Origin: Salinivirgaceae bacterium
Lineage (GTDB): Bacteria; Bacteroidota; Bacteroidia; Bacteroidales; SZUA-534
Direction of reading: 5' to 3'
DNA: 53,229 bases
NCBI GenBank assembly: GCA_017650325.1
Contig: JAGCFC010000170.1
Coordinates: 1 to 53,229 of the forward strand
The position numbers were made by a program, and so were the translations under genes. The notes below the pieces were generated by a model, which saw nothing but the letters and a program-made list of their open reading frames with translations, was not told where the DNA came from and made no database searches. This document shows positions 45,901 through 52,256 of this stretch, one piece after another (the stretch's first letter is position 1; each line of letters opens with the position of its first letter).

Positions 45901-46918
45901 AATGCATTGTCACATTGGCTTTCAATACTTTAAGACCATCATTAAGTTCATCCAAACCAACTTCTTTCTGACGTTCAGCCTTTAATTGGCTGGTTGTCAA
46001 TTTATAATCTTGTAGCACACGCCCGTATTCTGAAGCACGTGCTCCAAAATGTGATTCGTCAACAAGCAACAAATCAATTTTTGTCTTGAAAAGTTCATTG
46101 TGCTTGTCTTTCATCTCCTTTCCTTGCAAATCCTGCAAAGTGAGAAACAATACAATTTTTTTTCCCGCTTTTTTGCTTTCCGAAATGAACTTCTTATTCG
46201 ATTTCAAATTCTCGCTTGTTGCAAACTCGTACTGCACAAACCGTTTATGACTTTCAACTGTCTTTTTCCACTCTTCCTTCACATCGGCTTTGGCAGAAAC
46301 GACAACAACCAAATCGGCATTCATTTCATCGGCGCAACACATTGAAGTGAATGACTTGCCAAAACGCATTACTGCGTACATCAGCAACTTATCTCTTCCT
46401 TTACCTATCGCGACCTTAAATTTATCAATGGTTTCCTGTTGATTTTTGCGTGGCTTATAATCGTCTTTGCGTTCGTAAATGTAAGTTTCTGACGTATGAT
46501 TTTCATCGTAGAATTTATATTTTCCTGTATTCCTTTTCGCATCACAACAAATATCAGCAATGGCATCTTCAACATCCTTTTTTGTCGCCTTTTCAAAAAA
46601 CTCGTTTGAATAGTATTCTTTTGGGAAATGATTCTTTGTCAGACGTTTACGCTTCCTTTCATTTTCAAGAAACGTATGTACTGAATAATCACGAAAAATG
46701 CGTTTATCGTCTGTTCTGGCCGTATGGTCATAAATTCGTTTAAGTTTAGGGAAATGTCTGCGCCACTCATCAAGTCGCACTTCCACTGCACGATATGTAT
46801 CACCCACTTTCAAATAATTGGGTATGGTTTCAGTTGAAAAAGCATAAATATGCGGGTCAACGCGGCCTACAATTATGCCATCAAGAACTGTTGTGTTAAT
46901 AGAATTGACTGCATTCAT
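42983..46918 (-). CDS. Single-polypeptide restriction-modification enzyme: GIY-YIG-like nuclease, SF2 helicase, N6-adenine MTase (Eco57I-like), TRD
   Basis: HIYAF..YLKVGDT.R.VEVRL; AVMRFGKSFT, VDESHFG, LSGTP, QAIFRLQ; EIVTP, ILDIATKQGEF, IVGNPPYQ; C-terminal VPLQDFT..IDKQLYKKYGL. Confidence 0.85.
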   Translation of the reverse strand: MNAVNSINTTVLDGIIVGRVDPHIYAFSTETIPNYLKVGDTYRAVEVRLDEWRRHFPKLKRIYDHTARTDDKRIFRDYSVHTFLENERKRKRLTKNHFPKEYYSNEFFEKATKKDVEDAIADICCDAKRNTGKYKFYDENHTSETYIYERKDDYKPRKNQQETIDKFKVAIGKGRDKLLMYAVMRFGKSFTSMCCADEMNADLVVVVSAKADVKEEWKKTVESHKRFVQYEFATSENLKSNKKFISESKKAGKKIVLFLTLQDLQGKEMKDKHNELFKTKIDLLLVDESHFGARASEYGRVLQDYKLTTSQLKAERQKEVGLDELNDGLKVLKANVTMHLSGTPYRILMSDEFTDDDIVAFYQFSDIADDKEKWDKEHIDNDDVREWNNPYYGFPQMVRFAFNPCQSAVKKLNALKNAGVSYAMSELLKPQSISKDEKNNAHQKFVHAAEVLDLFKVIDGSKTDENVLGFLDYDKIKQGQMCRHIVIVLPFRASCDALEKMITNNKKIFKNLNDYQIVNIAGVDGDKTYKDIKDVKNKIQTCEAKGQKTITLTVNRMLTGSTVEQWDTMIYLKDTESPQEYDQAIFRLQNPYIKVYGEGKDAIKFNMKPQTLLVDFDVNRVFRMQEQKSQIYNVNTDRNGNSELEKRIRRELEISPIIVLNKNKLQKVEPVNVMDAVREYSRSKSVADEAASIPTDLTLLENESIRAAIEKLNPIDAKQGLEIKPNENGDGGYDIPDAKGKNKETPKGLNSGSLELTDDGLKELKKKLATYYAQILFYAFLTDSKVTSLTDIITDINKNENNRRICKNVGLNKNILELTQKYSNHFVLSQLDYKIHNINTLISDEKLKPIERVEAAMRKFGRLGTSEIVTPARVADEMVALLPEKEITSSSKILDIATKQGEFTCALYRRFGEKVRNNVYAIPTSPITYEFTRKVYGLLNMPIKNIFSDFTSYDLFSNKKESFINKLKDMNFNAIVGNPPYQETLDNKRGLAKQLFPDFVKISTQLKADYVSLITPLRWFTAEAQDGSFIKLREYFKNNRHFQKIYSYPNSKDVFREEIAGGVNFFLYADSYCGDTEFHVVIGGKDTVSKRPLFEKDIDIVIYDDKIYKIIEHLRKVGFSPVSSITTGRDAFGIVGKKETVEKISDITRFDKASELRCAHEEIRYISRKNVTKSTNYIDKWKVFTSKANGGAGIIGDGKPVAIIGKAYIGKPGSVCTDSLLPFGCFSSKDEAENLKKYMKTKFFRLCVGILKTSQNLYQNVYQFVPLQDFTAKSDIDWSKSVAEIDKQLYKKYGLSEEEIGFVEGMIKEME

Positions 46919-47946
46919 TTTATAAGACTTAAAAATGGTATTTCGGGTTCACCTTTTGAAAACCAATCTTTTATATGGCATCGAATTCCGATATGTCCTT
47001 TATTTTGATTCGTTTTGCTTTTGCAAGCAGGGCATTCTCGTTTCTTCTTCACTATAATCAGATTGCCCAAAGCATCGAATTGATTTTCTATGTCTTCTGG
47101 TGCCGCCCACTCGCACGAATCAGGCACAACGCATTTAATCCCGTCCATCTGCCACAGATTCCACGAGATTATGTAGGCTGCGTTTTCGAGCGTTTTGGTG
47201 TCTAACTGTTGTTGGAATTTGGCCTCGTAATGTTCGGCGAAGGTGTAGAGCATAGCCTCGCGGGCAAGCAGCAGATTGTCGCCCTGCCACTCAAAGCCGT
47301 AGGTTGAGTGAAGCGCATTGAAAGCTTCAACAAGCCACTCGTCGGGCGTTTCGGTGTTCTCGCCAACAATGCGCAACTTGCGGTCGAACAGACCGATACG
47401 CCGCCCAACGGGAATCAACTCGTTGCACGCAGTGGCATCGTAGCGGCTCACAAGGTACGGCGCCTCGCCGCAAGCCACTTCAAGGCGCGGCGCGCGAGTG
47501 TAGTCGGTCCAAGTTTTTCTTTCGGGGAATTCAATTTTGCCATCGGTGGGTTGCCAAATGTGTTGACCGTCGGGTGTGTCGGTTTCGGTGTTGAAAACGC
47601 CCTCACGCCCAAACCAGGCATTGTCAACAAGGTTGTTTTGTTTGTTGCAAATCCAAGCGGGCGTGAAAACCTCGGCCTTGTCGGTAATTCGCTGTTGCTG
47701 TACCTCGCGGCTCTTCTTTGCCCGCGGCTGAATCAGGTTACCGCGTGCACCCGTAATGAGCGGGGACAAAATAGGCTCGTGGTAACCATAGCCCGCCCCA
47801 AGCGACTCGTAGTCGTGTGTTGCCCAAATAATGTTCCGTTCCTCTTTATAGTAATGGCTGACAGAATGGTCTTTGAGCAGAGTTTTAAGTATTTGTGGCG
47901 ACAAGTCGAGAATATCATTCTCGAGAATGTCGATAGTTTCTGCCAT
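46915..47946 (-). CDS. R-M-associated methyltransferase N-terminal half (no NPPY motif) with Cys-rich tail
   Basis: KAEVFTPAWIC, LEVACGEAPYL, YGFEWQGDNLLLAR, SWNLWQMDG, CPAC; start at MAETID (47946); overlaps the downstream start by 4 nt. Confidence 0.8.
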   Translation of the reverse strand: MAETIDILENDILDLSPQILKTLLKDHSVSHYYKEERNIIWATHDYESLGAGYGYHEPILSPLITGARGNLIQPRAKKSREVQQQRITDKAEVFTPAWICNKQNNLVDNAWFGREGVFNTETDTPDGQHIWQPTDGKIEFPERKTWTDYTRAPRLEVACGEAPYLVSRYDATACNELIPVGRRIGLFDRKLRIVGENTETPDEWLVEAFNALHSTYGFEWQGDNLLLAREAMLYTFAEHYEAKFQQQLDTKTLENAAYIISWNLWQMDGIKCVVPDSCEWAAPEDIENQFDALGNLIIVKKKRECPACKSKTNQNKGHIGIRCHIKDWFSKGEPEIPFLSLIK

Positions 47947-48010
47947 TTCGCATTGCGTGTTTTGCGCTCGCTTATCTGTATTCAGGTGCAAACGGACAAT
48001 CCAAAACGGC

Positions 48011-48160
48011 AAAAAAATGTGGACTTGAACTTTATCCACATCCTAGGCCGTCAGAATTGCCCGTTATCACAGATAAGTCAAGCCCACGCAATAGCGCAGG
48101 CATCTTTTTTGACTTATTCGTGTGATAACATTTCTAAAATTTCTGACGTTTTAGGATATG
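48011..48160 (-). promoter_or_regulatory. Structured 5' leader: about 124-nt multi-segment hairpin overlapping a terminator-like hairpin (candidate attenuator or cis-RNA)
   Basis: Five nested paired segments at 48037-48160; alternative ATGTGGA-N11-TCCACAT-T6 at 48011-48041. Confidence 0.6.
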
Positions 48161-48206
48161 CCGAATTATCAAAGCAAACGCTTGATTAATAATATGTTAT
48201 TTAAAA

Positions 48207-49295
48207 TTTACTTTCTGTTTCTTATAGTTCGTTTAATGTTTTATATCTCTTTTAATTTGTTTTCAAATAGTTTTTTATCAGGCAGTTGCAATTGATATTG
48301 CGCCACCAGTGTTGGCGACAGGCTTCGTGGTAAAGCGTACTCCACAACTTCGTCGTCTTTGTCGTGGCACAAAAGTATGCCAATACTTGGATTCTCGTGC
48401 GGTTTCTTTACGTCGCGGTCCAATGCTTCAAGATAAAAATCCAGTTGGCCAAGGTATTCAGGCTTGAATTTGCCAACTTTCAATTCAAATGCCACCATTG
48501 CGCCAATGCCTCGGTGAAAGAACAGCAAATCGACATAAAAATCCTGGCAGCCTACTTGCAACCGAAATTCTTCCGCCATAAATATGAAATCGTTACCAAG
48601 TTCAAGTATGAACTGCTTCATATTCGCAACCAATGCTTTTTGCAATTCAGATTCGGAATGCGATTCGGGCAGCCCCAAAAACTCAAGCACGTATGTGTCT
48701 TTAATATCGGGCACGGTCATTTCTCTCACCGCTGGTGAGAGTTTTGCCGATGTCAGGCTTCTCTCATATTGAGCCGCATCAATCTGCCGTTCCAATTCTC
48801 TCTTTGTCAAATGATTACGACGGCACATATCAATGTAAAACAACCTTTCCTCGTCGGTTTTACATCTCGACATAATAGTGATATTATGTGTCCACGACAA
48901 TTCTCTCACCGCTGGTGAGAGTTTTTCGTCTGAACTATACAACTCATAGAATTGCTTCATACGCCAAAGGTTCTTGTCGCTAAATCCTTTGGCATCAGTA
49001 ATTTCAGTTGCAATGTATGCCGCCAATTGTGTTACAACACCTTTTCCCCAACCTGCTTCTTTAACTTTTATGCTTATGACCTGCCCAATCTGCCAATATA
49101 AATCAACAAGCGTTCGATTGGCCACTTCAAATACCGTCTGCCGCGCGGCACGAATTCGTTGCGCCAGAAATTCAAACACATCTTTTGTCGTTGCATCGAT
49201 ATTTGATATTTCAGTGTTCATAGTTGGACTTTTATTCCTGCAACTGCTCTAATTCATTGAGTAGTTGATTATTAGAGTTTACTTTCTGTTTCTTA
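48207..49295. repeat. 18-bp exact direct repeats flanking yhcG
   Basis: TTTACTTTCTGTTTCTTA at 48207-48224 and 49278-49295. Confidence 0.85.
48241..49221 (-). CDS. yhcG: YhcG/DUF1016 protein (N-terminal DUF1016 plus PD-(D/E)XK nuclease domain)
   Basis: LYWQIG, WGKGVV, GFSDKNLWRMKQFY, LSWTHN, KDTYVLEFL, VDLLFFHR..ELK.GKFKPEYLGQLDFYL, ENPSIGILLC. Confidence 0.92.
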   Translation of the reverse strand: MNTEISNIDATTKDVFEFLAQRIRAARQTVFEVANRTLVDLYWQIGQVISIKVKEAGWGKGVVTQLAAYIATEITDAKGFSDKNLWRMKQFYELYSSDEKLSPAVRELSWTHNITIMSRCKTDEERLFYIDMCRRNHLTKRELERQIDAAQYERSLTSAKLSPAVREMTVPDIKDTYVLEFLGLPESHSESELQKALVANMKQFILELGNDFIFMAEEFRLQVGCQDFYVDLLFFHRGIGAMVAFELKVGKFKPEYLGQLDFYLEALDRDVKKPHENPSIGILLCHDKDDEVVEYALPRSLSPTLVAQYQLQLPDKKLFENKLKEI

Positions 49296-49329
49296 CTTCA
49301 ATATTTTGTTAAAACACTGCGATTTATAT

Positions 49330-50166
49330 CTAAATCAATTTCGTTATCATTTCATCGGCTTGCAACTGCATCTTGCAGAAAGCGAACCACCGCTTGCCCA
49401 AATCCTTGATTGACGCGCCAATGTGATACACATCGTTATCGATAATCAAAAACCTGTCGTGCGACTTGGTAAAGATAGACAAATCTATTGGTTCGTACTG
49501 ATTATTGTGCTGTGCCAGCGCAACATTGAACGATGGCGATGTTTGCTGCGTGTAGATTTTCGCCTTAACACCATTGGCACGTTCGGCCAACCGCAGCAGA
49601 ACGGTTTCGTCAACATAATTGTCAATCAGCACAATGCGTTTCTTTGCCGAGCGAATCAGATTGTTGACAAAAACAAACGGTTCAAGCATTTGTCCGTCGT
49701 AGAAAATCCCTTCAACGGGCGGTAGCGATGTGCGCACAAAGAAGTCGATTTTATTTTCAGCTTCCGCCATACGGTTTTCCAATCGTTCAAAACGCTTATT
49801 GACTGAATATCCTTTTAACAAATATTCTTTCAGCACGCGGTTCGCCCATTGGCGGAATTGAGTGCCACGAATCGACTTAACTCTGTAACCTACTGATATT
49901 ATGACATCAAGGTTGTAGTATTCTATTTGCCTGATAACTTGCCGTCCGCTCTCAATTTGAACTGTTGCATTTTTTGCAACAGTTGCATTTTTGTCCAATT
50001 CCCCTTCTTTAAAAATAGCCGCTATGTGTCTTGATATTACCGATTTATCCCTGTCAAACAACAATGACATCTGATTAAGTGTTAGCCACACTGTTTCCTC
50101 GCTCAACCGCACCTCGAGTTTAACGGCCTCATCAGGTTGATATAATATGATTTCGTTTTCGGTCAT
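49330..50166 (-). CDS. RhuM-family DNA-binding protein with C-terminal PLD-like nuclease domain
   Basis: ETVWLTLNQMSLLF, EGEL, YYNLDVIISVGYRVKS.RGTQFRQWA; C-terminal LIDNY, SHDRFLIID..YHIGASIKDLG. Confidence 0.88.
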   Translation of the reverse strand: MTENEIILYQPDEAVKLEVRLSEETVWLTLNQMSLLFDRDKSVISRHIAAIFKEGELDKNATVAKNATVQIESGRQVIRQIEYYNLDVIISVGYRVKSIRGTQFRQWANRVLKEYLLKGYSVNKRFERLENRMAEAENKIDFFVRTSLPPVEGIFYDGQMLEPFVFVNNLIRSAKKRIVLIDNYVDETVLLRLAERANGVKAKIYTQQTSPSFNVALAQHNNQYEPIDLSIFTKSHDRFLIIDNDVYHIGASIKDLGKRWFAFCKMQLQADEMITKLI

Positions 50167-50197
50167 TAATTCTATTCGATACTTATCTCTTATAGCG

Positions 50198-50305
50198 AAC
50201 TACCGAGATTTTTTTCGGCAGTTGATTATCAAAATTACTTTCCTTCCCAACTTGTAAGAAACCCTTACAAGTTGGATTCGTTTCCAATTCGCCTTCGTTG
50301 TAAAA
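50198..50305 (-). pseudogene. Silent fragments of paralogous rhuM segments, each centred on a palindrome
   Basis: Translates as FYNEGELETNPTCKGFLQVGKES versus the gene's IFKEGELDKNATVAKNATVQIES; second palindrome at 50198-50223. Confidence 0.7.
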
Positions 50306-50312
50306 AGGCTAC

Positions 50313-50320
50313 CAAATATA
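50313..50320 (-). promoter_or_regulatory. Bacteroidota -7 element, likely promoter of the rhuM-yhcG-RM unit
   Basis: TATATTTG, just downstream of the upstream gene's terminator. Confidence 0.55.
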
Positions 50321-50336
50321 AAAACAAAATGAAAAC

Positions 50337-50368
50337 AAAAAAAGGCCCGCAACTTTCGTCACGAGCCT
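50337..50368 (-). terminator. Intrinsic terminator
   Basis: Minus strand AGGCTCGTGAC-GAAA-GTTGCGGGCCT followed by a T run. Confidence 0.8.
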
Positions 50369-50414
50369 GGCATAACAGAGAAATATAAACCTCATTTCAA
50401 TGCAGAAACAATCC

Positions 50415-51140
50415 TTACTGCATCTTCTGCGAGAAATGTATTGTCGGGTTGTCAGTCAAATCAAGGCCCACGTTAGGCACTTTGAATCCCGATTTATCAA
50501 AGAAACTCTGCAAGTCGTTCAAATACCTCACCGCATAACCAGCCGAAATGGGATATTTGCCTGATTTATAATCTTTCGGACAAGTGAAACCGTCAATGCC
50601 GACTGCAGCGAACCACGCTTCCAAATCGCCCTCGTCCTCCATTGCAATAAGCACGCTTTTAAACTGCAGATAACCATAAACCGACACATCCATCAGCTTC
50701 GAAGTGCCCCATATTTCCGAGTACCACTCCTCAAACGTTGTGTCTTCGGGAACCGGGTTCTGGAAAGCGGAAAGTCTCTCTTCGAGCAGCACTTTGAGCC
50801 TGGCGAGTTCTTCGTCAAAACCAACAGATTTCCAATATTTTACCGCAAATTTGTTCGCAATAATCTCTTCCTGCACACTGCCAACACTTTTGCCGTAATA
50901 GTCGAGAATGCAGTGCGAGTACTCGTGCGCCACATTGTACCAATGGAAATAAAAATCGAACTTGTTCTGCACATCGTCATCCCCGAAAAACTGTTTGAAC
51001 GCTTCCTGTTGCTCGGCATTACCTCTTTCATATTGGCCGGTGAAAATCTTGTAATCCAAATTGTTGTCTTTGTTTGCCTCCTGAGCAAAAAGCAACGCGG
51101 GAGCCAATAAAATCGCAAATGCTAAAAATGTCTTTTTCAT
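50415..51140 (-). CDS. Exported hypothetical protein with HEXXH zincin-like motif
   Basis: Signal peptide LFA|Q; VAHEYSH..EEIIANKFA; start at MKKTFL (51140). Confidence 0.65.
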   Translation of the reverse strand: MKKTFLAFAILLAPALLFAQEANKDNNLDYKIFTGQYERGNAEQQEAFKQFFGDDDVQNKFDFYFHWYNVAHEYSHCILDYYGKSVGSVQEEIIANKFAVKYWKSVGFDEELARLKVLLEERLSAFQNPVPEDTTFEEWYSEIWGTSKLMDVSVYGYLQFKSVLIAMEDEGDLEAWFAAVGIDGFTCPKDYKSGKYPISAGYAVRYLNDLQSFFDKSGFKVPNVGLDLTDNPTIHFSQKMQ

Positions 51141-51353
51141 AAAATCATTATTAAAACCACCCCAAAGACGTACCGTTTTCCCAAATGTTACTCCCAAATT
51201 CCGATATTAATCGCAACCAAACTCATATCCCTTATGCCTTGTGCCTTATGCCTAACCCCCAACACCTCTTAAAACAATGTTTATAAAATCATATTTTTTT
51301 AGTCTTTACGCCATAATCGGTTTATATCAAAATATGTATTTTAGCACGTTGTT

Positions 51354-52256
51354 ATGGAAGAAGAAACCAAAATGAAGTACAGAATATTAGTCACAGGAGC
51401 CAACGGGCAATTAGGAAACGAAATACGCTGTCTGTCATCGAAATATACCGATTACGAGTATGTGTTTACCGATGTTGCGGAGTTGGACATAACAAATCTG
51501 AGTTCACTCAACGAATTCTTTCAGAAGAACGGCAAGTTCGATTTTCTGATCAACTGCGCCGCCTATACCGCAGTTGATGCCGCAGAGACTAATCAGGAGC
51601 TTGCTTTCAAGCTGAACACCACGGCCGTGGACATGCTGGTTGAGATGGCTGGCAAATACGGATTTTTCCTTGTTCAGATTTCGACCGACTACGTGTTCGA
51701 TGGAGAGAAGAACCGGCCTTACGACGAAGACGATGTGCCGATTCCGAGTTCGGTGTATGGCAAGACCAAACGCGAAGCCGAGCACTTGGTTTTCTATTCC
51801 GACATAAACGCCATTGTTATCCGCACGGCGTGGCTCTACTCAACATTCGGAAAGAATTTTGTGAAGTCGATGATAAAATACGGCACCGAGCGCGATGAAC
51901 TGAACGTGGTGTTCGACCAGGTGGGAACGCCAACCTACGCCTACGATTTGGCCGATGCCATTCTGCAGATTCTACCGCAGTTGCAGGCCATGCCGAAACC
52001 TTACACCGACATTTTCCATTATACCAACGAGGGCGTGTGCAGCTGGTATGACTTTACACAGCACATCCTTCGCCACGAAAACATTGATTGTAAGGTGAAT
52101 CCGATACGCAGCGAGCAATACCCGACACCGGCAAAGCGTCCGGCATTCTCGGTGCTCGACAAGTCGAAAATCAAGAACAAATTTAATATCACTATTCCGT
52201 ATTGGACTGACAGTCTTGATGTTATGTTGAATAAGTTAAAAAAGAGTAATGTATAA
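51354..52256 (+). CDS. rfbD: dTDP-4-dehydrorhamnose reductase
   Basis: LVTGANGQLG, INCAAYTAVD, ISTDYVFDG, YGKTK, DQVGTPT, AKRPAFSVL. Confidence 0.96.
   Translation: MEEETKMKYRILVTGANGQLGNEIRCLSSKYTDYEYVFTDVAELDITNLSSLNEFFQKNGKFDFLINCAAYTAVDAAETNQELAFKLNTTAVDMLVEMAGKYGFFLVQISTDYVFDGEKNRPYDEDDVPIPSSVYGKTKREAEHLVFYSDINAIVIRTAWLYSTFGKNFVKSMIKYGTERDELNVVFDQVGTPTYAYDLADAILQILPQLQAMPKPYTDIFHYTNEGVCSWYDFTQHILRHENIDCKVNPIRSEQYPTPAKRPAFSVLDKSKIKNKFNITIPYWTDSLDVMLNKLKKSNV

Noticed and set aside
47308-48189. 293-aa plus-strand ORF antisense to the half-MTase and leader
   Set aside because: No recognisable motifs; shadow of a real minus-strand gene. The same applies to 1135-1932, 17879-18787, 24740-25507, 40678-41379, 41963-42682 and 52565-53218.
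48217-48244. dif/pdif-like 11-6-11 site GTTTCTTATAG-TTCGTT-TAATGTTTTAT
   Set aside because: Only about 8/11 matches per arm in AT-rich DNA, and the corresponding site near 49288 does not keep the spacing. Too weak to call Xer modules.
48184-50305. CRISPR array or integron attC interpretation of the repeats and palindromes
   Set aside because: No regularly spaced identical repeats with unique spacers, no cas or integrase gene, and no clear RYYYAAC/GTTRRRY cassette boundaries.
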